DNA of 64,000 nt from Octopus bimaculoides (lineage: Eukaryota), in NCBI RefSeq assembly GCF_001194135.2, contig NC_068984.1, positions 31,338,172-31,402,171 on the forward strand. Direction: 5' to 3'. The notes under the pieces were generated by a model. It saw only the letters and a list, made by a program, of their open reading frames with translations. It was not told the origin of the DNA and ran no database searches. The translations under genes were made by a program, and so were the position numbers. Below are positions 52,890 to 64,000 of this stretch, in pieces. Within the stretch, counting starts at the first letter, position 1, and every line of letters begins with the position of its first letter.

Positions 52890-53334
52890 ATAGGGTGATA
52901 AATTGAATATTAATTCAATTTAAAACCAAATGGCCGAGCATATAAAAAAAATCTGAAAATTCAGAAAAAATCTTACTACACGTGTATAAGGGATGACCAC
53001 GAGGTGGTCACAATGTAATCGGTTGAAATATATGCAAGTCTTATTTCGAGAAGACAATTCGTGTATAGTTCTGCAAATTATATTGATTCTAGAACGTCTA
53101 TGCTGATGAGAACACGGATGTTGTTACGTACGGATGTTGTTGTGTAAGTAAAACGTTAATGTTCAAAACTGCAGTCCATAGATAATTCTTTATTCTGTAT
53201 ATTTCTCATTTTGTCCTGTTCTGATGTCTTTGCGAAATTTTCTGGAGAACATTATTTTTCTTTGTGGTTGGGTCGTTGATGACCTTTCTAGCATATTGGG
53301 TATCCACCTCGTGGTCATCCCTTATACACGTGTA

Positions 53335-53336
<2 letters not shown>
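52890..53336. mobile_element. Unclassified element (possibly PLE-derived) between two (TA)n arrays, with a 32-bp inverted repeat
   Basis: CTACACGTGTATAAGGGATGACCACGAGGTGG (about 52976-53007) and its perfect reverse complement at about 53304-53335. Internal CTGATGAG...AAAACGTTAATG motif. Confidence 0.45.
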
Positions 53337-53370
<34 letters not shown>

Positions 53371-53599
53371 GTGTTAAACCGAATTATTACCCCAAAGAAA
53401 AATGCTAGTTTGTGGATGAAAGAGGAACCATGTGGATGGTTCCTCACTTTAGTGCACTGCACGATGAAATGCTGTTTTGTTTATCATCATAACTCACTCT
53501 CTGAACACTTTCTCGTAACATGTATTTTGAAGCAGGTTTAGGTTCTTGCCCGTGTACTCTTTTCTTTATACTTACCTACGATATTTTTTTAACTTCCCC

Positions 53600-54150
53600 A
53601 ATGTGTCAAGATCAGATATCTGTTTGATGGCGGACTCTTTAACATAACCAGATTTTTAGCTCATCGACTCATCATCATACGATATATCTGTTTTCAATAC
53701 GCTGATGACACGTTGCTCCCTATCACATACATCAGGAACTCCAGCAATCAGTCAACACCTGGATATAATTGACTTGGTTTCGTATGAATACAAAGAATAA
53801 TTTACTCCTTCAAACCTGCTCCCAAAGACATTATACCGAATTTCAACATCCACTTTTCTAATAAGGTATATCTTACGAGCTGATCACCCTATCTTATCAG
53901 TCTTTCTAACACACGTACGTCTAAAAAGAATGTGGAACACAGAATTGTATCAGTCATTGAGTATTTTAAAGCCTGTTGTCGTCTGAACATGGTTTTCAAA
54001 ATGAGCAATTTCTCCTCGGGCATCAAGACGGTAGACCGCTTCCATAAACAAAAGCTACATGCCATGTTAATCATCAAATGTGAAGACTACGTAACTAACA
54101 ATGTTGTCTTATTGAAATCAGCTATTAAAGTTTAGTATCCTCAATCACGA
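53600..54150 (+). pseudogene. Degenerate non-LTR RT fragment
   Basis: TTT CAA TAC GCT GAT GAC ACG TTG = FQYADDTL at about 53692-53715, followed by WFRMN. Confidence 0.45.
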
Positions 54151-56682
54151 AACTTGCTACGACGGTCAGTAAATATAGTTCTAATGAGAAAAAGGAAATT
54201 TCTTTGTGAAAAACTCTTCAGAGAATTAAGCACCGTGAAAAGCTAGCACAAACATCCTCTCCCCCGTTACAAAAAAAAAAAAAAGTGAAGTTCAACTTAA
54301 AAGTTGTCTGAAATTGAAGTGAAAAAACATGAAAGCCAAATACTTTTTCAAATGGAATTACACTATCATCACCAGAGCTGTGCTTTGGGTAGTTAAAAAT
54401 CGGGAGAAGTTGAAAGCATGAAGAACACAAGATGCAACCCCCCCCCCACGGATGCTTGCTTACCATCTTTATTCTTGTCTGTTTTTCTCAAGTATTGGCC
54501 TTCTTATTCCTCAACAATATCAACATGGAGGAATCTCTCATTCAAATGGAAATAGAAATTCGCGAATGTATTAAATAAGTTGTACCGTGAATATTTAGCA
54601 ATTATTTACAATATAATTAACATATTGATCAATATTATTTTTGTCTGCTATAAAGATATATATGTGCGTCAGATATTTAAATTTAAAATTTGTGCCATTT
54701 ATTGTTTTAGTCATCCTAAGCTATGTCAACAAAATTTATTGAAAACAATTATGGAATTGAATTTAAAGTTTCTATTTGTGCTCTATCTACTTTTCCCTTT
54801 TATTGTTTCTAATTCCTAATTTTTCAATTACACTTTTCGGTTACTATAAAGAAGGTATAGAGGATAACGGCTGGAGGAAGTAAGGGAAGTTTTAGTTGCT
54901 GCTATGGCGCTGGAGGAAGGGGATGTATGTTATAGGTTTGCTCTAGATTGATGAATGCCCAAGCACCAACCCTGCATTGGTTATTTCTGGAATACCTTGG
55001 ATTTAATGTCCACTAAGTTACAACTCACCTAACACTAAATAACAGTGTATAATACCAAATAGTAAAAAGGCCTTTTACGATACAATAAAATGGAAGATAT
55101 TCAGTAGCAATAATCACCAAATAAATTAGTAAAAATTCGAAAGTGTCCTACATTAATGTATAAATGACAATCAGTGAGGAATACACGACATTGATTTCGG
55201 CCAACCTAAAAATTGACTGTTTCTGAGGCTTTGGGGACGACCAAAATACGAGTATTTCAAAATATTTAATATATTTAGAATTATTTATTATAAATTTAGA
55301 AATATATACCCAATAACATATTTCTGTTTCAAGCCATAATAAATGAACTGTTATCTGTACAAATACGTTGACTGTGATGTAAAGAAAACTCTTGACTTTT
55401 TCATGTAAATTTAAAAAAGAAATTGCTTTTCATATGACAAATACGCTCTTCAATATCCAAACACTCTTATTATATGCACCCTGTGATTAATGGTAAGTAA
55501 AATTGTTCAAGTTATCACCGACATAGATTACACTGAAACAAAATTTATATTTTTTTGTTTTTGTTTTTTATCTTCAGTCAGTAAGTGTTATTTCCTATTT
55601 GCTTCTATCTAGAAATCAAAGGAAATGACTATTACTCCCATCAAACTTTGCTTTTGTGACTTGGTCATCAATGTTTTCAAATTGACCTATTTTCCATTAC
55701 ATTTCAAGCAGATTCAGCACTGAGTTGCTAATGCAGAAATATCATTATAGCAAATATTCTGGTCAACACCAGAAATTTGCTTGTTAGCTGCTTGAACTTA
55801 CCTCCTTGAGCATGTACATTAGTGACTGACAATATGTGCCTCACTGATCGTGAGCAGGAGTCGTGGGGGAGCATCATAGCCATATGTTGAGAGGGATTCT
55901 TTGGGTTTGAATAAATGTAACAAAAGTAAAGTTTGAAGGAAATATTAACTATTTTTCATACTTTCAAGGAATAAGCAAATAGAAAATAACACTTGCTACC
56001 CAAGACACGAAATCATATTTCTTTCAAAACCACTGTTATGATATTAGTAGTCTTCATAAGACACGAAATCACATTTCTTTCAAGATCACTGTTATGATAT
56101 TAGTAACAAGTCTACACAGTGCTTGCTTCAAGTAGTCTTCATCAGAAATACTTCTGAATAACAATATCAAAACGATGTAGAAATTCATTTAAAAAAAAAA
56201 CGCTACCTTTAATCATTCATAAATGTAAATTTAACACAAACAAATGACTTGAAATTGAGTCGATAGAGTATCTATAGTAAACTATGATATTTGTCCATGT
56301 TGGCCGGAGTACGTAGCTTGCAGACGCCGGGGGCCATTTCACAAGCATTCCCGAAAGGAATATTTTGATAAGGTCACATGTGTGTCTAGGAGCTCTCAAC
56401 AAATAGTCTTTCGAAAACTGTAAGGTTTCTTCTTTTAGTGATTGGTGACGACCGGTAAATATTGCTGGTAGTCTCCAATTTTACTGATTACTGGTGACCG
56501 GTAAATATTGCTGGTAGTCTCCAATTTTCAGAAGCCTTTTCATCTGCGTGGCATTGATAATTGATTCCATGTCATGCAGTCTTTCACTAATATAGGTGAT
56601 ATCGCACCTTAGTCTATATACATTGTATATGCTGTTATAAAAAGAGTTCTGCATTTGTACACATATTATCGCTATCTCACTC

Positions 56683-56733
<51 letters not shown>

Positions 56734-57819
56734 CCCCACTGTGAACATCATGAGTAAATGATATTTAACTGGTAAATCGTACAACGGATGACTACTTAGT
56801 ACCATTTAGTCTCTTCCGTTCTGTACATACACCATCTTCCCTCGTGATGAATGCCATATTTTAGACAGCTTAACTGATCCATTAATTTGTGAATATGCAT
56901 GTGTGTGCCTGTAAGAGTCTGTCATGGAGTGTAACTGCTTATTTAGAATTAAGATTAATATTTTGAGAAAATGCTGTATTTTGTATCTAACAGATTCATG
57001 ATATAAATTATATCGCATTAGGTATTTTCAAAAGTAACTAAGTTTATTTGAAAGTAATTATACAAGTTCATTTGCATTTTGTTAACAAAAGTATCGTTGC
57101 TTATAGACTTCCTATGGGCAAATCACTGGTTCACTGCATTTTCAGTGGTGAGAATTTTGTACACCTTGGGCAGAACCAAATGGGATATTTGTTTGAAAGC
57201 AAACGTTTCTGATTGTTGTTGTTGCTACAGTTATCTCTCCTCAGATCAGTTTTAATTAAGCAATTCTCTCATAAAGATACTCTAACCATAATTATCCCAT
57301 CTGTTATTCAGATACTGTCTGTGTATGAAGAACTACATTATTTATAGTGGCTAACAAATACAATACACATATAAATTGTAGTTCCTGAAGGGTGAATAAC
57401 TGTGTTTGAATACATGTGTTTGTCTGAATTAATTACAGAGCAATCACAAATGTCACAAGAATATTTTACTTTCTGTTCAGTGTCCAATGAACTATAACGA
57501 AAGGCAAGTCCATTAAAAAGTTACATAAAATGAACAGTAAAACGAGAGACGACACTTAACTTACAGAAATTGCTGAACAATGAAAGATTTCTAGATATTC
57601 ACACATACACAGGCTACCAGCACGCACACACATGCATACATGTGCATACAGAGAAAGAGGGAGATGGATATACTTATATCACCACTTTGGGGGAAATAAG
57701 GATGCATACATATTTTGATGCGTGTTTAAATTCTTATTTTCTCCAAACAGGTTTTGTAATATTTAAGTTTATTTCATTTATGATTTACACTTTATTGAGT
57801 ATCATGTATGTATGTGTGT

Positions 57820-57857
<38 letters not shown>

Positions 57858-57861
<4 letters not shown>

Positions 57862-58235
57862 TAATGCGCAATTTTACAACGTTAAAGCAGAAATATATAC
57901 GCCACTAAGGTGAACAAGGGGACTAATTAGTACCAGTATTGCTAGACATAAGAGTCAAAACAACTCAATAGCCCCCAAAAGCACTATTTTAAGGAGCTGG
58001 CTAAGGAGACAAGCTCCCTACGGTAGCAGATAGAGCTAGATCACCGATGAGTTTACATTAAGATGTGACCTTAGGGGGGCTTGTCTCCCTTGCCAGTTCA
58101 TTAAGGTAGTGCTTTTTGTGTCTACTGAGTTGTTTTGACTCTTATTTCTAGCAGTACTGGCGCTGATTAGTGCCCTTGTTCACTTTAGTCGTGTATATAT
58201 TTCTGTCTTTACGTTGTAATATTGTGAATTAGCCA
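57858..58235. mobile_element. Foldback MITE-like element (about 378 bp, nearly all inverted repeat)
   Basis: Arms about 57858-58024 and 58065-58235 pair over about 165 bp, e.g. CAGAAATATATAC..ACTAA(G/A)GTGAACAAGGG..TAAGAGTCAAAACAACTCA. Confidence 0.8.
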
Positions 58236-58274
58236 CTCATATTGTATGTGTGTGTACATACATGCATACATACA

Positions 58275-58570
58275 TTTATCTTTTGTCTTATATATTTTAC
58301 TTGTTTTGGTCAATAGACTGCAGTCATGCTGGTGTGTCACCCTAAAGAATTTTACTGGAATGAATCGACCCCTGTCCATTTTTTTAATGCCTGGTACTTA
58401 TTTTATCGGCTTCTTTGTGCAACTGCTAAGTTACGGGGTAAACACACCAACACCAGTTGTCAGGCAGGAGAGGCGACAAACACCGGCACAAAGCGCACGC
58501 ACACGCACATATGCGACGAGCTTCTTTCATTTGTCTACGTCTACCAAATCCACTCACAAGGCTTTGTAGT
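58275..58570 (-). mobile_element. CORE-like tRNA SINE, head missing
   Basis: The reverse complement matches the body and tail of the 63712 copy (CCTTGTGAGTGGATTTGGTAGACG...ATAAAATAAGTACCAGG). Confidence 0.75.
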
Positions 58571-59485
58571 ATACACATAATATAGTAGTTGAGCGCCATT
58601 TAAATACTTATAACTATTATTCAAAGCTATTATTTAAAATTTCATCTGAATCTTTATGGACGTAAAGAAAATACTTCACACAAACCTGCATGTTATAGTC
58701 CAAGTTTTCTTCTATTTTCTATAATTACAATGATCTCGGCAAAAAGGGAAATTAAAACGAAGGTAGATTGTTAATTCTGAAATTATTTGTCATCTTACAG
58801 TTTATTGCTGTATTATGTAATCCTAGTCATATGTAACTTTCAAGGTCTTCACATCAGCAGAGATTCATACAGAATATTTTATATGCTGTATGAATATCTG
58901 ATGAATAGAAGATCTAGAAAATAACACTTGAAAATAACACCCGAAAGCTTTAACTAAATAAACTAAAATGTAAATTTGCATTGGTCCACTTAAAGATTTG
59001 AGAAATTGTCTCATCTCATAACAGCAATAATTATTGCGGTCACCAGTTATATGATAGACACATGGTTCAATACACGTGTGTTTCTGTAGTATTTTTATCC
59101 GTCGTAGAAATGCTAGTTTATCCGAAATGTATGGAACTATTCTGTTTTACTATATTCCCATTACAATTGCAACATTATTTTCAAAATAATCTGTTTTGTT
59201 ATTTTTTAAATTTTCAAGTGAACAAAAATATATCTATTAAATTGACCTGTCAAAGCTTTTAATTTCAGTGATTTAAGGTTGTCATGTAGCTTTGGTATAA
59301 TGGCTTTCATGGTTATCATGTATACACCAAAGACATGTTTCAATACTTGTAGTCAATTCTGTTCAATTTGTTTTATTAAGTAAGGAAACAGTATTCATAA
59401 CTCAACCTGCTTTACAGCAGCGCCTTAAAAACATAAATGTTCAAAATTCTCAATACTTCAAGTGAATATATATATATATATAGTT

Positions 59486-60425
59486 TTAGTCCAAGGACTG
59501 CAGTAATGCTGGGGCACTGTCGTTTACATTGCTACACTCTCACTATACCTCCTCTGATGTATGACATTTGGTGGATGAGAGAGTTTGACATTACTGTCCC
59601 CATGTGCGTTTGTTGCTTTGACGCAGGTTCATCCGGGATTCTTGACAGGAGGAGGTCCAGTTTTTCTTCGTAAAAGTCTATATCCACGACATGCAGATCT
59701 CTCAGACTCTGTGGGAAGATATTGAAGAATTGTGGGCCTTTCAAGCCCAAGCTGTTGCGGTTCTGTATCCTGACGGTAAGGTTGGGACTTTTGGTACTCT
59801 GCAGTGGCTGTTTATGTAACTGACAATGCCAGTTTGGCACAAGTTTTTCTAGGATTTTCCAAATTTGTATTACTGCATATCTTTCCTGCCTTCGCTCCAC
59901 AGAGTAGAGTCTTAACTCTTTCAGTCTCTCCCAGTCGCTAATATGTCGCATTGTGTCGATCTTTGTGTAGCTTCGCTGGATCACCTCGAGTTCCGTCGTT
60001 AATTTTACACTGTTTGGTGACCACAATTGGGAGCAGTAAACCAGGCGGCTGAAAACGAAAGTACTCCAGAGGACCATCATGGTTTCCTTTCCTCGTGTTT
60101 TGAAAGATCGAAGGATCCATCTGAGGAAGTGTCTGCATTTTATTGCCATCTTGGTAATGTTCACCTAGAAAGCTGCATCATTACTCGTGTCGATGCCCAT
60201 GTCATTCACTGATTTTGATTCAGGGATTGCAATCCCTCCTGGGCCACTGTATCCTATCTGCTTTTCATTAAACTTATTTTGTTTGTAGCGCAGGGCTTGG
60301 AATTTTCCAACATTAAACTGCATGTTATTTTCCTTAGCTCACCTGCATATTGCGTCCAACTCACGTTGTAGATGCACAAGGTCTCCAAGGTTCTGTATCT
60401 TCTGAGAGACTTTTGTATCATCTTC
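59486..60425 (-). pseudogene. 5'-truncated CR1-group (CR1/L2/Crack-like) LINE: RT C-terminus to 3' end
   Basis: TKVSQKIQ...LQRELDAICR*AKENNMQFNVGKF; WILRSFKTR...SRLVYCSQLWSP...WERLKELRLYSVERRQERY...WKILEKLVPN. Confidence 0.85.
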
Positions 60426-60458
60426 ATAATTAGCAAGGGTGGCTACTTAAGCAACTGA

Positions 60459-61449
60459 AGGCATGTCAGAAGCATGTGAGAAACGGTTTTAAAAATTCTG
60501 TTCAGGAGATCTTTCATTCAATGCTGATCAACGTGCTGGTCGACCTATTGAAGTTGATGGTGACCGAATCAAAGCTATGATTGAATCTGACTCCAACTAT
60601 GCGAGAGATTGCAGAGAGGTGAAATGTATTACACTCAATAATTAAAAATTACTTAAAATGTCTTGGACTCGTTAAGAAGCTCGATGTTTGGGTTCCACAT
60701 AAATTGAAAGAGATTCAAGTAACACAACGAATCAATATTTGTGATATGCATCTCAAACGCAATGAAATCGACCATATTTTTTTAAACGAATTATCAGTAG
60801 CAAAAACAAAAAATGGATTACCTACAATAATATCAATCGTAAACGATCATGGTCCAAGCGAAATGAATCATCACAAACCATATCGAAAGATGAATTGCAT
60901 CAAAAAAGGTCATTCTATCAATTTGGTGGAATCACAAAGGTGTTGTGTATTTTGAGTTGCTTCCAAGGAACCAAATGATCGATTCAGGTGTTTACTGGCA
61001 AGAACTAATGAAACTAGAGGAAGCAATCAAAGATAAACGTCCAGAAATGGCAAATCGTAAAGGAATTGTGTTCCACCATGGCAACGCTAGACCACACACG
61101 TCTTTGCAATCACACGAAAAATTTTTGGAGCTTGTTTAGGAAGTGATGTCACAGCCACCATATATCCCTGAACTTGCACCATCAGATTACCATTTATTTC
61201 GAAGTTTTCAAAATTCTTTGAATAGCAAAACTTTTAATAATGATGATGACCTGAAATCGCACTTGCTTCAGATTTGGGCTGATATGAACCAGAAGTTCTA
61301 TGAGCGCAGAATCATGAAATTGCCAGAAATATGGCAAGAGTTCACCAAACAAAATGGAAAATATATATAACTGATTAAAGTTAATTTTCGTTGTGTGAAT
61401 AAAAAACTTTTACTTCACACTAAAAAACTGAAATTACTTTCTTGCCCAC
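60459..61449 (+). mobile_element. Mariner (mellifera-subfamily-like) relic lacking the 5' end
   Basis: LDVWVPHKLKEIQVTQRINICDMHLKRNEID; YFELLPRNQMI...KRPEMANRKGIVFHHGNARPH; QPPYIPELAPSDYHLFRSFQNSLN. A partial right TIR runs into a CA repeat. Confidence 0.92.
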
Positions 61450-62729
61450 ACACACGCACACGCACACGCACACGCACACGCGCGTGTGTGAGTGTTTGTG
61501 TATGTATGTGTCCCCGAGAGAATAAAACAGGAGATTCCGTTAAAATATTTTACAATGACATAAATTCTATTACCTTTACACATATTTCTCTAACATATAC
61601 TAATATGCCATGCAGTAATCATCTCAGGCGGTTGTGTAATCAGTTTAGAGCGCCAGATCATCAGAAGAATTAATTTATTCCATTGTTGGTTACCAACGTC
61701 GGTTAGGAGACAGAAACATACTGAGAACTGCATGCATATTTAGTAGATTATTCTGTATATATACATTCAAAGAAAAAAAGGTATTTCATTAATTTTACAG
61801 AGTACGCCTTTCACAAACAATTGAAATTATGAAAGTTGTTTTTTTTTTGGGAAGCGGGGACCAACATAATATTCCGTGCTTAAAAGTCAGAAATTAAAAG
61901 AAAGCAAAATAAAATATTAAAAAAATCGAGAATTGGGTAAGGTCTGGGGAAAACTCGAGTTTGGAAAATAAAATAAGAAATGGCAGATTCATAATCTCTA
62001 ATGATTAAAACATGTCAATCCGAAGAAATTTTCTCAAAGAATCTTTAAAAGTTACGCTATGCTAATGCTAGCCACCACGTCATACATTTTCGTTATTTTT
62101 TTTCTGCTAACAACTTCATGACAGACCGTCTTCCTTTTTTCCCTTTGTGACAACTTCATTCCACAGCAACGGAATTCACATACATGAAATATTATTTCCC
62201 TCTCTTTGTATGTACGTAACTTTACTTCACTATCTCTCTTTCTCTATCATCTACATGACTACTTTCCTTTTCAGAGAGAAAAAGAGGGAGAGAGAGATTA
62301 AAAAAGTGTCTGAAGAAGGAAGAAAAATCGAGAGTTGAAAATTATACAAAATTTTATGCACATTATCATTATGTATTTAAGAAAATTTCTTTATCTCATA
62401 CAGCTTTTCAATCCTTTTGATTCTTTTTGTTACCTACTATTATTCCCTTTTCTGTCTCCTATGTCATTACGAAGTCTATTGGCTTATATTATTTAATGCA
62501 CTTTTTCATTTTTAATGTGGTAGGGTCTGATCTGAGAGATTTAGCTTCATCAGATTTCATTTTCAGTGTTTGATTCATGTGTGATGAAAATATTGGGGAG
62601 GATTTGGAAAAACGGAATAAAGTTAGATTGCAGGTTTATGTATTTCACAGCTATAATGATAGGAAATGAAGGTAAATGGCACAAACGTTTTAGTATTATA
62701 GCAAAAACCACCATGTTGTTTTAAAGAAC

Positions 62730-63015
62730 ATCATCATCATCGTCGTTTAACGTCCGCTTTCCATGCTAGCATGGGTTGGACGATTTGACTGAGGCGTGGT
62801 GGACCAGGAGACGACACCAGGCTCCAATCTGATTTGGCAGAGTTTCTACAGCTGGATGCCCTTCTTAACGCCAACCACTCCGAGAGTGTAGTGGGTGCTT
62901 TTACGTGCCACCGGCACGATGGCCAGTCGGGCGGTACTGGCGACGGCCACGCTCGAAATGGTGTATTTTACGTGCCACCTGCACAGGATCCAGTCCATCG
63001 GCACTGGCAATGATC
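62730..63015 (-). mobile_element. RTE-type 3' end with (GAT)n tail, forming the 3' half of a U6 chimera
   Basis: The reverse complement matches the 22048 copy from GATC(A/G)TTGCCAGTGCCG through GGACGTTAAACGACGATGATG. Confidence 0.9.
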
Positions 63016-63112
63016 AAAAATATGGAACGCTTTACGAATATGCGTGTCAATCCTTGCGCAGGGACCATGCTAATTTTCTCTGTATTGTTCCAATTTTAGT
63101 ATATGTATTGCC
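63016..63112 (-). pseudogene. RNU6: U6 snRNA retropseudogene fused to an RTE tail
   Basis: Minus strand GGCAATACATATACTAAAATTGGAACAATACAGAGAAAATTAGCATGGTCCCTGCGCAAGGATTGACACGCATATTCGTAAAGCGTTCCATATTTTT. This is metazoan U6 from about nt 12 to the 3' end, with about 8 differences from the human sequence as I recall it. The ACAGAGA box and AGC triad are intact. Confidence 0.95.
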
Positions 63113-63711
63113 TATCTTAAGATAATAAAGAACTTTGAACCTGTGGTTTCATTTCAAAGATAGACATGTGTATTGCTCCCAGTCTCTGTATGTTTCACCA
63201 TCATCATAATGACCTCTATTTCCTAGAGTCTCAATTTCTCTCCACTAATGCACTTCTGGCTCACATTCAACTTACTTGTCTATTCTCATCAACAATGTTG
63301 TTCCTATAACCCTCCTAAACCTCCCATTAACTACCATGGTCAATCCTTCCTCCACAGAATGTTAGACAACAGGAATATCCTTCCTACAAATGTTACATTG
63401 CAACTGTCTAAGCAGAACGTAAATGGCATCAGTTTCTCTTAGAGGGTTTTATGTGAACTACCTTTCCCTTCAGATCCAGAAAGAAAAAAAAATGTAGGGA
63501 ATTTATTGCAGTGAGATTTGGCCAGAACACTTCAACAACTCAACCAACTTTATTTCAATTTTCTTGTTACCATGGATATAAAATTGATTTGAAACACAAT
63601 CTGAAAGAATATAGATTTGCTTTGTTTGAATATTCACATCAAAGTAGGATACATTCACTGAAAAATTAGGATACTGTGAGATTCATGCCTTTCTTTAAAG
63701 AAATATTTACA

Positions 63712-63871
63712 GATGCAGGAGTTGTTGTGGTAAGTAGCTTGCTTACCAACCACACGATTCCAGGCTCAGTCCTACTACGTGGCACCTTAGGCAAGTATCT
63801 TTTACTATAGCCTTGGGTCAACTAAAGTCTTGTGGGTAGATTTGGTAGACAGAAACTAAAAGAAGCCCATC

Positions 63872-63905
<34 letters not shown>

Positions 63906-64000
63906 CTGTGTTTACGTCCCCATAAGTTAGCAGTTTAGCAAAAGAGACTCGTAGAATAAGTACTAGGTTTACAAAGAATAAGTCCTGGGGTTGATTTGCT
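63712..64000 (+). mobile_element. CORE-like tRNA-derived SINE, cut by the window end
   Basis: tRNA-like head, GGCACCTTAGGCAAGTATCT block, internal TA/TG microsatellite, AGAATAAGTACTAGG...CCTGGGGTTGATTTGCT. Confidence 0.85.

Noticed and set aside
55995-56110. Tandem near-duplications (about 56-bp period here; also about 37670-37720 and 52473-52510) as CRISPR-like or regulatory arrays
   Set aside because: Only two or three copies with no unique spacers; ordinary slippage duplications in eukaryotic DNA.
56280-56732. 83-aa ORF with a possible acceptor and a faint GIY-YIG resemblance (NVYRLRCDITYISERL)
   Set aside because: It starts in a GA microsatellite and the motif match is too weak. The region also holds a simple 33-bp duplication (56450-56482 / 56496-56528).
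63016-63112. Functional U6 gene
   Set aside because: The 5' stem is replaced, there are several substitutions and an insertion, no TATA is visible about 30 bp upstream, and it is fused to an RTE tail inside a TSD.

Overview
AT-rich eukaryotic, repeat-saturated non-coding DNA (giant intron or intergenic), with three assembly gaps (11746-12153, 28071-28184, 46737-47469). The SINE and retroposon families match those I recognise from octopus genomes, so an Octopus origin is inferred, not proven. No host protein-coding gene could be supported; one weak hydrophobic exon/ORF candidate lies at about 48.7-49.1 kb. The window holds decayed mobile elements: tRNA-derived SINEs, RTE LINE 3' ends with (GAT)n tails, four Penelope-like (PLE) fragments with hammerhead-like motifs, R4/Dong-type RLE LINE fragments, a CR1-group LINE, three mariner relics, a Helitron retaining its helicase C-terminus, a Helentron-type element and several MITEs or palindromes. 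Two items stand out. (1) A U6 snRNA / RTE-LINE chimeric retrocopy (62730-63125, minus strand) with a 5-T junction and an 8-bp target-site duplication, the architecture known from mammalian U6/L1 chimeras. (2) A roughly 2-kb ORF1-only (CCHC, no RT) L1/Tx1-like element at 49.7-51.7 kb, bounded by a perfect 17-bp direct repeat that sits just downstream of a CCAAT/TATA promoter at one end and just downstream of AATAAA at the other.
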